Positions 13,476 through 26,129 are shown, counted from the first letter of the whole stretch. The stretch is DNA of 63,441 nucleotides, filler included, from Chiloscyllium plagiosum (GCF_004010195.1; 4 parts of one record of this genome joined end to end with filler, not necessarily neighbours in it); one strand, 5' to 3'. The notes: a model not told the origin generated them from the letters alone. Program-made: numbers and translations.

Positions 13476-14223
13476 AAAAATATGATAATGACATATTAGG
13501 AAAACGGAAGACATTGTCTTTGGACCCTACCAGTTCCATTCTACCCCCTGGTTAGGTGGTTGTTTTCGGAGCAGTATTGACTCCGTGGGCCGAAGGGCCT
13601 TGCTCTGTGTTGTAGGTTTCTCTGTCTCAGGTTGAACATTGTAGGTGCAGCAGATAGTGAAGAAAGCAACTTTCGGCCTTCACACCGAGAGGACTCGAGG
13701 ACAGGAACAGGGATGTCTTGTCGCAATTATACAGGGTGATGGTGAGACCACACCTGGTAGATAGTGTGCAGTTTAGAGCTCCTTACCTGAGGAAAGATGT
13801 TGGGGCAATGGAGGGAGTGCAGTGGAGGTTTACCCACCAACTCCTGGGATGGCAGGACTGATGTATGAGGAGAGGTAAGGTTGGTTCGGACTATACTCAT
13901 TGGGAGAAAGTGAGGACTGCAGATGCTGGAGATCAGAGTTGAGAATGTGTTGCTGGAAAAGGCATAAGCCCTTCATTAGGATCCAAATGGCCTTCATAAG
14001 CCCAATGAAGGGCTCATGCCCAAAACGTCAATTCTCCTGCTCCTCGGATGCTGCCTGAACTGCTGTGCTTTTCCCCTTCCATTTCCACACCATTTCGTCA
14101 GTGTGACAGACCGAAGAAGATTAAAAGACAACTTTCTGGAAAGTTTAGATGCAGATTTGGATGGTCCACGGTTGTGGAATGGGAAAGGAGAGAGACAGTT
14201 TAGGAAAACTGACACATAGTTAC

Positions 14224-14330
14224 CCCCCTTGTCAAGATGACGGCAGGGGATTGAGGAACACTTGTGGGAATGACGGGAATAATCCATGGTCTGGTCTGAC
14301 ACACCTCAGACAGATGCCAAGATCTCCCCC
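14224..14330 (-). CDS. Candidate internal exon C (107 nt) of an unidentified gene
   Basis: Acceptor ctccccactctctttcccacaag|, donor GGG|gtaact; open in the phase (1) left by exon B. Confidence 0.3.
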
Positions 14331-14692
14331 CTTGTGGGAAAGAGAGTGGGGAGGTGGGTATAGGGAGTTCCCCCTGCGCTGCTGAGATTTACCCGTCTGA
14401 CAACAGACCCAACACCCTCTCCGTCAGTGTTTATGAAATCGTGCTGCCCAGCGCTTCTGTGGTTTGAACAGTAAGACAATCAGTCCCACTGACTTCTTCC
14501 CTCTCCCTCTCCAGGTTACCAGCAGCCAGCATTTGCAGAGTCTCACATGGAATACTGCTCTCCTCAAGGGATTCGGCAACAACATTCACATGAAGCCAGG
14601 CATTTTAAAGCAATGCATCATTCCTGGAACACCACCCAGCTCAGCAATCAGAAATCCCTCAACCCTGGGATTCTGCCTTCCAGTACACAGCG

Positions 14693-15190
14693 GGCTGATT
14701 TCTCATCCGTACCCCCTCTCCCTATAACCCAGGGATCACTGGGCAGTGATCAGGGGCAGGAACCCTGGCTGATTTCCCCTCCCTCTCCCTCTCTCTCTCT
14801 CTAACCCAGGGATCACTGGGCAGTGATCAGGGGCAGGAATCCTGGCTGATTTCCCCTCCCTCCCTCTCTCTCTCTCTAACCCAGGGATCACTGGGCAGTG
14901 ATCAGGGGCAGGAATCCTGGCTGATTTCCCCTCCCTCGCTCCCTCTCCCTATAACCCAGGGATCACTGGGCAGTGAACAGGGGCAGGAACCCTGGCTGAT
15001 TTCCCCTCCCTCCCTCTCTCTCTCTCTAACCCAGGGATCACTGGGCAGTGATCAGGGGCAGGAACCCTGGCTGATTTCCCCTCCCTCCCTCTCGCTTTCT
15101 CACCCAGGGATCACTGGGCAGTGATCAGGAACAGGAACCCTGGCTGATTTCCCCTCTCTCCCTCTCTCTCTCTAACCCAGGGGTCACTGG
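14693..15190 (+). repeat. Minisatellite, ~73-78 bp unit (array 1)
   Basis: Unit taacccagggatcactgggcagtgatcaggggcaggaaccctggctgatttcccctccc(tc)n. Confidence 0.95.
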
Positions 15191-15273
15191 ACTGAACAAA
15201 GTGGACAAAGCAAATCCAGGCTGGGGGGGGGGGGCAGGCCCACGCTGTTCCAGTTCAGCTGAGTACAGCTCAC

Positions 15274-15344
15274 CCACAGACTCAAAATGACATAGGCTGC
15301 CCTCGACACAGAGTGAAATATTAACAGAGCTGTACGTCCTGGTG
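15274..15344 (-). CDS. Candidate internal exon B (71 nt), (S)TRTYSSVNISLCVEGSLCHFESV(G)
   Basis: Long pyrimidine tract ending ccacactgacag|, donor TGG|gtgagc; phase 2 start matches exon A. Confidence 0.45.
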
Positions 15345-15457
15345 CTGTCAGTGTGGAGAAAGAGAGGGATAAGGGTAGATGAGAGAGAGAAAGAGGGAGA
15401 AAGACAGAAAGAGAGGGGGTGGGACAGGGGGAGAAATAGAGAGAGAAAAGACCAAGG

Positions 15458-15680
15458 AGGAGAAAGTGAGGTCTGCAGATGCTGGAGATCAGAGCTGAAA
15501 ATGTGTTGCTGGAAAAGCGCAGCAGGTCAGGCAGCATCTAGGGAACAGGAGAATCGACGTTTCGGGCATAAGCCCTTCTTCAGGAACATTCCTGAAGAAG
15601 GGCTTATGCCCGAAACGTCGATTCTCCTGTTCCCTGGATGCTGCCTGACCTGCTGCGCTTTTCCAGCAACACATTTTCAG
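15458..15680. mobile_element. Family A fold-back element with two divergent hammerhead cores
   Basis: 92-bp inverted arms 15495-15586 / 15589-15680 with one mismatch; CTGAAGA-A-GGGC-ttat-GCCC-GAAAC-GTC on both strands. Confidence 0.8.
15592..15619 (+). ncRNA. Minimal hammerhead ribozyme motif (PLE type)
   Basis: CUGANGA core, 4-bp stem II, GAAA, self-complementary ACGU in place of helix III, GUC cleavage triplet. Helix I is short, so activity is unproven. Confidence 0.6.
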
Positions 15681-16157
15681 GTCAGAGAAAAGGCCAAGAC
15701 AGACACAAAGACAGAGGCTTGATAGAACAAAAGGAGCGAATGAGAAAGAGAAAAGATAGAGAGGCAGAAAGAGAAACAAACACAGGGAAAAGCAGGAGAA
15801 ACTCTGCAGCATCTGTGAAGAAAGAGAGACAGAGAGATCGAATCAGACTGGACTCAAACATTCACTCGGTTACTCTCTCTAAAAGATGCTGCCAGATCTG
15901 CTGAGTTGTTCCAGCATTCTCTGTGTTTGTTTCAGATTTCCAGCATCTGCTTTAATGAAAGACAGCAAATGGGAAAGGGCAATAGAGTGAGGGGGTCAAT
16001 GGACCAGACAGAGGGACTGAGGGATGAAGGGGTGCCGGAGAATCACAGAGGGAGAAAGATCGAGTGGTTCTCAAACTGCAATTTCATTCACATTAATCAG
16101 AGACATTACATTGAGCACAGAACAGACATGGCAAGAAAAAGGAATAGTTAGAAAAGG

Positions 16158-16426
16158 ACAAAGTTAAACATCACCCAACACCAGGTTATAGTCCAACAGG
16201 TCCAATAGGTTGGAAGCACTAGCTTTCAGAGCACTGCTCCTTGGTCAGGTAGCCATTGGGAAGGATCATTGGAGACAGAATTGTTATGATCCTGCTCCAC
16301 AGTTACCTGATGAAGGAGCAGCGCCCCAAAAACTAGTGCTTCCAAATAAACCTGTTGGACTATAACCTGGTGTTGTTTGATGTTTAATTTTGTCCACCCC
16401 AGTCCGACACCGGCCCCTCCACATCA
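16158..16426. mobile_element. Family B fold-back element with 9-bp TSD (tagaaaagg)
   Basis: Inverted caacaccaggttatagtccaacagg arms; ctgatgaaggagcagcgcccc core; TSD at 16149-16157 / 16427-16435. Confidence 0.7.
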
Positions 16427-16879
16427 TAGAAAAGGTCAGTAAAAGTTTCTTCCAAGAGACAGGAGGGAAGAGGTGCTGAGGGGAGGTGCAAGTGGAACAG
16501 CGAGTGACTGAAGGGTTTCATAAGTGAATAGGAAGGCACTGGGGCCTGCTGTGAGATATAGGGAGTGGTTAATGGTTCATTCCCTTCACAACCTGATCCA
16601 GCAACTGGATACAGGACAGACACACCCTGACTCCTTCAACCTCGACAGAGTTTGGGGTAAAGATCCAAACAAAAACTGCACAGCCCTGGACGGGGGCAAA
16701 CCACACAGTACCTGGACCTTGAGGCTACCTGTGGTATATCAGCCAATCTGAGGCAGGTACTGAACTGAGATTATAGTCAGCTTCACAATTCCTGGGTTAG
16801 CGAGAGAGAGAGAGAGAGACAGTCAGAGAGAGAGAGAAAGAGAGAGACAGTCAAAGAGAGAGAGACATACAGACAAACA

Positions 16880-17757
16880 GAGGGGGAAAATCAGCCAGTG
16901 TTCCTGCCCCTGATCACTGCCCAGTGATCCCTGGGTTAGAAAGAGAGAGGGAGGGAGGGGAAATCAGCCAGGGTTCCTGCCCCTGATCACTGCCCAGTGA
17001 TCCCTGGGTTAGAGAGAGAGAGAGGGAGGGGAAATCAGCCAGGGTTCCTGCTCCTGATCACTGCCCGGTGATCCCTGGGTTAGAGACAGAGGGAGGGAGG
17101 GGAAATCAGCCAGGGTTCCTGCTCCTGATCACTGCCCAGTGATCCCTGGGTTAGAGAGAGAGAGGGAGGGAGGGGAAATCAGCCAGGGTTCCTGCCCCTG
17201 ATCACTGCCCGGTGGTCCCTGGGTTAGAGAGAGAGAGGGAGGGAGGGGAAATCAGCCAGGGTTCCTGCCCCTGATCACTGCCCAGTGGTCCCTGGGTTAG
17301 AGAGAGAGAGGGAGGGAGGGGAAATCAGCCAGGGTTCCTGCCCCTGATCACTGCCCAGTGATCCCTGGGTTAGAGAGAGAGAGGGAGGGAGGGGAAATCA
17401 GCCAGGGTTCCTGCCCCTGATCACTGCCCAGTGATCCCTGGGTTAGAGAGACACAGAGGGGAAATCAGAGTCTAGATTAGAGTGGTGTTGGAAAAGCTGG
17501 CGCTCTATTCCTGATGAAGTGCTTTTCCCCGAAACATCGATTTTCCTGCTCCTCGGATGCTGCCTGACCTGCTGTGCTTTTCCAGCATCACTTTAGTCCA
17601 GACTCTGGTTTCCAGCATCTGCAATCCTTGTTTTTACCTAGAGGGAAAATCAGCCATGGTTCCTGCTCCTGATCACTGCCCAGTGATCCCTGGGTTAGAG
17701 AGGGAGGGAGGGGAAATCAGCCATGGTTCCTTCTCCTGATCACTGCCCAGTGATCTA
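16880..17757 (-). repeat. Same ~73 bp minisatellite in opposite orientation (array 2), with a family A insertion at about 17470-17638
   Basis: Unit ggaaatcagccagggttcctgcccctgatcactgcccagtgatccctgggttagagag is the reverse complement of array 1. Confidence 0.95.
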
Positions 17758-18441
17758 TGATCAAAAAGCTACGGAGATGAAATCATTGAGTGTATTTAAG
17801 ACAAAGGTAGATCAATTCTTGATGAGTAAGCAGGAGGTTACTGGGAGAAGGCTGGAGAATGGGGTTTTGAAACACATCAGCCATGATCGAATGGTAGAGC
17901 AGACCCGATGGACCGAATGGCCTCATTCTGCTCCTGCATCTTATGGTCTTAAGGGAATTCCTTTGGGTCTGTCGGCTGAGGTTGGGAGTAGGCACGGCTG
18001 TGATAGCCTCATTGGTAAATGGTTAGCCAACATTCAGTACCCGTGCTGTTGGATAAGGAAGGGCCCGGGGCGGGGGAGTGCTCAAGGGCAGAAAGTGGCA
18101 TCCCATTCCCACCTAGATGCAGAGGAGAAGGGAGAGAACATAAAACAAGTCAGGAATCATTGCTGGTCACATCCAAACTGGCTTACATCTTCCTGATGAC
18201 TACGTTTTGAAATGTTTTAAATGGTTTCATGCTGCACTTTGCTTCAGTCCTAATCCCTGCGATCCATTTAAAAATTATAATCAACTCGAGTTGGAATGAT
18301 GATAAACAGCATTGGCCCCTGGCCAAATCTGGGAATATCTGCTCCATCTCCCAGTCCTTGCAAACTGCTGCTTTGAAAGTCTTGAGACTTTGAGAAAATT
18401 AGATGCAAGCGAAACAACTTTACAAAGGGAAGATAAATTAC

Positions 18442-18546
18442 CTGACAACTGCGTGGTGCCACGATGCTTGTCTGAGTCTGCATGGTCTTACAGGTAACAG
18501 CCGAATGCTAATATTCCCATCTGCTGTGTGCACGTACGCAGTCTGT
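18442..18546 (-). CDS. Candidate internal exon A (105 nt), QTAYVHTADGNISIRLLPVRPCRLRQASWHHAVV(S)
   Basis: Acceptor tttaatattttcag|, donor CAG|gtaatt. Only one frame is open, and it stays open to an alternative acceptor at 18670. Confidence 0.45.
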
Positions 18547-18692
18547 CTGAAAATATTAAACTCTGGGTGCAAAGGAAACCTGGCTCCAGAGACCCCTCCC
18601 AAACGGACTGGCACTCTGAACATGCCTTTCCTTCCGCAATCTGACATTAAGATATCCCTCATGTAAATTCCTGTTACAATTGGCAAGCACTG

Positions 18693-19990
18693 ACACACAC
18701 ACACAATACACACAATACACACACACACACACACACAATACNNNNNNNNNNNNNNNNNNNNNNNNNNNNNNNNNNNNNNNNNNNNNNNNNNNNNNNNNNN
18801 NNNNNNNNNNNNNNNNNNNNNNNNNNNNNNNNNNNNNNNNNNNNNNNNNNNNNNNNNNNNNNNNNNNNNNNNNNNNNNNNNNNNNNNNNNNNNNNNNNNN
18901 NNNNNNNNNNNNNNNNNNNNNNNNNNNNNNNNNNNNNNNNNNNNNNNNNNNNNNNNNNNNNNNNNNNNNNNNNNNNNNNNNNNNNNNNNNNNNNNNNNNN
19001 NNNNNNNNNNNNNNNNNNNNNNNNNNNNNNNNNNNNNNNNNNNNNNNNNNNNNNNNNNNNNNNNNNNNNNNNNNNNNNNNNNNNNNNNNNNNNNNNNNNN
19101 NNNNNNNNNNNNNNNNNNNNNNNNNNNNNNNNNNNNNNNNNNNNNNNNNNNNNNNNNNNNNNNNNNNNNNNNNNNNNNNNNNNNNNNNNNNNNNNNNNNN
19201 NNNNNNNNNNNNNNNNNNNNNNNNNNNNNNNNNNNNNNNNNNNNNNNNNNNNNNNNNNNNNNNNNNNNNNNNNNNNNNNNNNNNNNNNNNNNNNNNNNNN
19301 NNNNNNNNNNNNNNNNNNNNNNNNNNNNNNNNNNNNNNNNNNNNNNNNNNNNNNNNNNNNNNNNNNNNNNNNNNNNNNNNNNNNNNNNNNNNNNNNNNNN
19401 NNNNNNNNNNNNNNNNNNNNNNNNNNNNNNNNNNNNNNNNNNNNNNNNNNNNNNNNNNNNNNNNNNNNNNNNNNNNNNNNNNNNNNNNNNNNNNNNNNNN
19501 NNNNNNNNNNNNNNNNNNNNNNNNNNNNNNNNNNNNNNNNNNNNNNNNNNNNNNNNNNNNNNNNNNNNNNNNNNNNNNNNNNNNNNNNNNNNNNNNNNNN
19601 NNNNNNNNNNNNNNNNNNNNNNNNNNNNNNNNNNGCACAATACACACACTATACACACACATTATACACAAATGCACACACACAAATATACATACCCAAA
19701 CATGCACACACAAAAAAACACAAAAATACACTGTTAAAACACACACACAATCTGAGATATGCATACATGTACACATAGGCATACATACAGAATGCACACG
19801 CATAAATTCATGTACAGAAATGCACTTTAAGAGACACAATGCACAAACACACATACACACACACACAAACACACATACACACATGCACATGTGCACAATG
19901 ACATACATACATAATTCACAGACACAATATACCAACGTACAACACATTCTAGAGTCACACAACATGAAACAGGCCTTCAGTATAACTAGT
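18693..19990. repeat. Degenerate (CA)n low-complexity tract spanning an N gap
   Basis: CA/TG-rich sequence on both sides of the gap. Confidence 0.9.
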
Positions 19991-20015
19991 CCACACTGCA
20001 CATAATCCCAAACCA

Positions 20016-20243
20016 GGCAAAAGTGTGGACTCCAGATGCTGGAAATCAGAGTCAAGATTAGAGTGGTGCTGGAAAAGCACAGCAGGTCAGGCAGCATCCG
20101 AGGAGCAGGAAAATCCACATTTTGGGGAAAAGCCCTTCATGAGGAAGCCCTGATGAAGGGCTTTTGCCTGAAACCTTGATTTTCTTGCTCCTCGGATGCT
20201 GCCTGACCTGCTGTGCTTTTCCAGCATGACTTTAATTTTGACT
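20016..20243. mobile_element. Family A fold-back element with 14-bp TSD
   Basis: TSD ataatcccaaacca at 20002-20015 / 20244-20257; ctgatgaagggcttttgcctgaaac. Confidence 0.75.
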
Positions 20244-20599
20244 ATAATCCCAAACCAATCTAGTCCCACTTGATTTGCCCATATCCCTCTAAACCTTTTC
20301 TATTCATGTATTTGTCCAGATGTCTTTTAAATGTTGTAACTGTACCTGCATCCACCACTTCCCCTGGCAATTCATTCCACTCATGAACAACCCTCTCTGG
20401 AAAATATATTGCCCCACAGGACCTTTTAAAATATTTTTCCTCTCACCCCCGGTCTTGAACTCCTATTAGTAAATGCACACAAATCCACACATAGCAGCAC
20501 TGTTGCTTAAACAGATGCATACACATAGAGACACACACAAAATACAATTACTGACAAAGAATTAATCAATAACTTTGGGGTATTGAATCTCTGGGCAAT

Positions 20600-23500
20600 A
20601 ATGATCATAGCATGACAGAATTTCATGTCCAGATTGAAAGGGAGAAGTATGAGTCTGAGATCAGTGTTTTAAACTAACTAAAGTTACCTGTAAGTAAATG
20701 AAAGCTGAGCTGGCTAAATTCAACCGGAAACTCAGTTAAAAGCTGGACAGTAGAGTTGCATGGGTATGCTTTTAAGGAAATATTTAATAGCTCTCAACAA
20801 TAATATATCCTAATCAGAGAAAAAAAAAAATCTTTGCACGATCTCTGGCTAAATAAGGAAATGAAGGATGGTATGTTAGTAATACAGACAGTGTACAAAT
20901 TTGCAAATGTTAGTGATAGGTCATAATATTATTTAGATTTTAAGACCAAGAAAGAATGATTTTGCAAAATGATCAAAAGCAGGAAAGTAGATTCTGAGAG
21001 AAAGCTAGCCAGGAAGAAATGGATAGCAAGAGATGTTACAAATATTTGAAAGGGAAAAGCTTGTGTGAGACTCTTAGACAGAGAGGCTGGGGAACGAATA
21101 ATTAAATCAAAGAAATGACAGAGGCCTTGAACAAGCCTTTTGTAGCTATTTTCATGTTAGGACACTTAGAAAACTACCCAACACATGGACTGCAACGGTT
21201 TAAGAAGGTAGTCCCCCACCACTGTCTCAAGGGTAACTCGGAACAGGTGATAAATGTTGGTGCTGCCAGTGACACCCATGTCCAGTGAGTGAAAAACTAA
21301 AAACTTCCTAAGGAGAAATGAAAATTGTGGGCTGAAATGTTGGCAGGAATTTCAGGTAATAACCATCACCAGAGAGAAGGTGCTGGGAAAACTGTTAATG
21401 CTGGCAAGTTGCGAGGACCTAATGGTATGCATCCTAGCACCTTAAAAGACTGAAATACAATGATAGATGTTGCATTGGTTACAGTTTTCCAAACTTCCTT
21501 ACATTCTGGCAAGGAAAATTCAGCAGAAAACAGTGAATGTAATATTAAACTCGGGTAGGAGACAGAAAGCAGGAAACTATAGCCAGCCAGTCTAATATCT
21601 ATCATAGGGAAACTGCTGGAAGTGATTGGTGAGGAGGTAAGGGAACCATAATGTGACCAGGGAGTGTTAATATGGCTTTGTGAAAGGGAAATGGCAACTT
21701 ATTACAGTTTGTTGAGGAAATAACAAGGAAAGTGAGTGCAGCTGAAACAGAGTCCAAATCTGACAGTTCCATGGTCTAGGGAGTTCAATGAGGACGGGAG
21801 ATAGCTGTTTGTCCCTTTTTCTGACTTTATCATCCACCAGGAGAATGGGAGTTAAAAAGGTGCAGCAGGGTACAGCCAGCCAGCAGGAGATAGAATCGAT
21901 GCACTGAGAGCTAGGGAAGAAGTTGGTTTCTGATTCACAGATAGGTTATTCTATTTTCTCTAATAGAAGTAAGTAGTTTATAAAGTTACAGTACGGCAGG
22001 TCAGCTTGGCCAAGTGGAATGTACATACTGCAGCACGTGGGAAGAAATGGATGTCTCCAATGAATACATGGCTTTGCACTGGGCCCCTTGCTGAGATATT
22101 TGTATCATCGACAGTCACAGGTAAGATGTCAGAAGACTGGAGGTTGGCTAACCTGACGCTGGTGGCGGGCAAGTTGTTGGAGGGAATCCTGAGGGACAGG
22201 ATGTACATGTATTTGGAAAGGCAAGGACTGATTAGGAATAGTCAACATGACTTTGTGCGTGGGAAATCATGGCTCACAAACTTGATTGAGTTTCTTGAAG
22301 AAGTAACAAAGATGATTGATGAGGGCACAGCAGTGGACCTGATCTATATGGACTTCAATAAGGCATTCAACAAGGTTCCTCATGGTAGACTAGTTAGCAA
22401 GGTTAGGTCACATGGGATCCAGGAAGAGCTAGTCAACTGGATGCAGAACTGGCTTGAAGGTAGAAGTCAGAGGGTGATGGTGGAGGGTTTTTTACAGACT
22501 GGAGGCCTGTGGTCAGTGGTGTGCCACAAGGATCGGTGTTAGGTCCACTTCTTTTTTGTTATTTATATAAATGATAAATGTGAGGTGCTGCATTTTGGGA
22601 AAACAAACCTTAACAGGAGTTATACACTTAGTGGGAAGGTCTTGGGGAGTGTTGCTAAACAAAGAGAGAAGGTTTACAAGGATGTTGCCTGGTATGGAAG
22701 GTGCTAGCTATGAAGAGAGGTTGAGTAGGTTAGGTTTGTTTTCACTAGAAAAAAGGAGATTGAGGATGGACCTGATTGAGGTTTACAAAATCATGAAGGT
22801 TATAGACAGGGGGATAGAGACAAGCTTTTTCTCAGAGTGAGGGATTCTATAATAAGAGGTCACACGTTCAAGGTGAGATGTGAAAAGTTTAAGGGAGATA
22901 TACACAGTAAGTACTTTACACAGAGGGTGGTGGGCGTCTGGAACGCGTTGCCAGCAGAGGTGGTAGAGGCAGGCACGGGAGATTCATTTAAGATGCGTTT
23001 GGATACATACATGAGTATGTGGGTAGCAGAGAGATACAGATGCTAAGGAATTAAGTGACAGATTTAGACCATGGATTTGGATCAGCTCAGGCTTGGAGGG
23101 CCGAAGGGCCTGTTCCTGGGTTTTAAATTTTCTTTGTTCTTTCTTTGTTCTTTGTTCTTTGGAGTGCAGGTTCATAGCTCCTTGAAAGTGGAGTCGCAGG
23201 TAGATAGGATAGTGAAGAAGGTGTTTGGTATACTTTCCATTATTGGTCAGATCAGAATATTGAGTACTGGAGTTGGGAGGTCATGTTGTGGCTGTACAGG
23301 ACATTGGTTAGGCCACTGTTGGAATATTGTGTGCAATTCTGGTCTCCTTCCTATCGGAAAGATGTTGTGAAACTTGAAAGGGTTCAGAAAAGATTTACAA
23401 GGATGTTGCCAGGGTTGGAGGATCTGAGCTACAGGGAGAGGCTGAACAGGCTGGGGCTGTTTTCCCTGGTGCGTCAGAGGCTTGTTTCCCCTCACTCATT

Positions 23501-23960
23501 AAACATCTCTGTCTATCTCAGCCTTGAATATATACTTAACATTCCAGTTTTAACAGCCCTCTGTTGTAAAGAATTCCACACATTTACTCCTTTTTGAAAG
23601 TAAAAATCCTCATCTGTTTTAAACAGGTGACCCCTTACTCTGAGATGCTGCCCTCTGGTCTTAGACTCTCCCACACAGAGAAACAGCCTCCCCACACCTC
23701 CCCTGTCAGACCCTAAGGATCGTGATGTGTTTCATTAAGGTCATCTCTCATTTGTCTAACCCCCATTGAGTAGAGGCCCAACCTACTCACCCTCTCCTCA
23801 TGAGACAGTCCCTCCACACCCGGGATCAGCCGAGTGAACCTTCTTTGGGCTGCCCCCAATGGCAGTCTGCCTTTCCTTAGATAAGGGGGGCCCAAACCTC
23901 TTCACAGTATTCCAGCTGGGGTCTGACCAGTATAGTTTTAGCAAGACTTCTCTCCTTTGT
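20600..23960. mobile_element. Cluster of nested CR1 LINE fragments (mostly plus; minus at 23490-23960)
   Basis: RT peptide QHDFVRGKSWLTNLIEF..AVDLIYMDFNKAFNKVPHGRL. A second CR1 3' end (about 22665-23160) is inserted into the first. Confidence 0.85.
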
Positions 23961-24244
23961 TACTCTACACTCTTTGTAATACTTTGGAAGACATTTCTCC
24001 CTACTGAACTATGTTGGCCTTTTTTCCCAAGAGGGTTTGAGAGTTTAGGGGGACAGGATTCCAGAGGTTTAGTCCCAGACAAGTGGGGAATCATTGTCAG
24101 TGGAAAAGAGACCAGAAGTGGGTGAGGGCAGAGTGCTGCAGGGCTTTAGGAGGCTATAGGAAGGTAGAGGTTTGGGCAATGGCGGTGGACCAATGGGGCT
24201 CGAGCTGGGGAGACACCATTAAGCCCAAGGTTTAGAACATCCAT

Positions 24245-24690
24245 AGCATCATAGAATCCCTACAATGTGTAAGAAGGCCATTCAGCCCATTGAGGCCATA
24301 CTGACCCTCTGAAGAGCATCCCACCCAGACTCATCCCCCTACCCTGCATTTCCTGAAGAAGGGCTTATGCCCGAAACGTCGATTCTCCTGTTCCCTGGAT
24401 GCTGCCTGACCTGCTGCGCTTTTCCAGCAACACATTTTCAGCTCTTTCCTGTGGTTAACCCACATAACCTGCACATGCCTGAACACCGTGGGCAATCTCC
24501 CATAGCCAATCTACCCTAACATTCACATCTTTGGACTGTGGGAGGAAACTGGAGCACCCGGAGGAAACCCACGCAGACACGGGGAGAATGTGCAAACTCC
24601 ACACAGACAGTCACCTGAGGCGGGAATTGAACCCGGGTCTCTGGCACTGTGAAACAGCAGTGCTAACCACTGAGCCTGTGCATCACCCTA
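24245..24690 (-). mobile_element. HE1-type SINE carrying a family A insertion (about 24347-24445) with an intact hammerhead core
   Basis: Reverse-complement V-domain; ctgaagaagggcttatgcccgaaacgtc at 24353-24380. Confidence 0.8.
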
Positions 24691-26129
24691 GTGGGTCTGA
24701 GCCAATGCTGTGAGTACCGGGGTTTCAGGTAAAGAGGGGTTTGGGGAGTTTGACCATCAGGCAGTGAGAGTTGAGCTGAAGGTTCTGGAGAATAGAGGTT
24801 GGGAGAGCACCAGGAGACCACGGAGAGTCTGTTCTATGGCAGACTGAGGCACTGATAATAAAAACAGCTCTAAGAAAAATTATATCAGACTCAAAACATA
24901 ATTCTCTTTCTCCCTCCACAGATGCCAACTGTCCTGCCCTGTTTCTCGATTCTGGTATGGGTAATGGTTTCAGGCACAATGGCGGGACTGGATGATAGGC
25001 TGTAGGTAGTCCAACTGATGGTGGGGGGAACCTATAGAGACTGTGACAAGGCTCAGGGTCAAATAGCACACCCGAAGTGTTTACAGCATGGTTCATACCT
25101 CAGCAGGGATAAGCAAAGTGACCCATCAAATGTTACCAATTAATCACCATCTGCGGCAGAAATCATGTGTCCAATTTCACGGCAAACCAAAAACAATCTT
25201 AAACGGGTGTGCAATGGATGGCCACACCGTCTCACGGGAGATGCACAGCAGTGAACACGAATGTAGGTGCCTTCTCACACTCCCCCTCCCCCTAACCCAT
25301 TCTTGGCTACTCTCAGCATCTCATTCTCTCCTCCTTCTCTTGCTTTGTCTCATTTAAGTTGGTTGTGTGTATCTCGCGCGCCCCACTGTCTCACCAAGAC
25401 AGCTGCTGAAAATGTGTTGCTGGAAAAGCGCAACAGGTCAGGCAGCATCCAGGGAACAAGAGAATCGACGTTTCGGGCATAAGCCCTTCTTCAGGACAGC
25501 TCCTGAGTGAAGTGGTAGCGCCAGTGTCTCTAAGCACCAGGAGATGGTGATGGAGCTCAGGGAAAAGGTGTTGGATCAGTGACAACGTGGTACATCAGCT
25601 AATGCTGTAGGCCATGAGGTCAGCCCCAATGAGTCTACTGTATTCTGCAAATATTCTATTTAAGTAATAACATGATGGCAGTAATATTTATTATTTTAAC
25701 TCAAAAATAACACGCAAAAAGTCATAATCTTGGGGTCCGGGGACCTAACCCTATTGTTACCATCAGTTTTTAAGGTCTGCACTTATGAATTGATCATTCA
25801 CAGAGGATTTTAGGAGTGAAATCCTCACAAAGGAATGACTGTGTTTAACTGAGGAAATGTGCTTTCTGCTGATGGAGTGAGACATTAAGACATTAAGACA
25901 TTTCTCCTGATTAAACATCAGTGATCTGTGTGGTCCCCTTTAAATCAGGTACACGCAGAACTGATCTTGAGACGATGATGCTTTCAGATTCTATATTGGA
26001 AAATTGCTCAAATCTATTTAGTCAGACTCACAGATCAGTTGCCAAGGGCAACCCAAGCTAGCCTCAGCTCTTAAAATCCAACATTGAATTTTTGGCTGAA
26101 CTCTCTCTTGTCTTGTGACAGATGCTGGA

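Noticed and set aside
25099..25150. Minus-strand 52-nt exon-like segment upstream of exon A
   Set aside because: Stops in all three frames; at most a non-coding exon.
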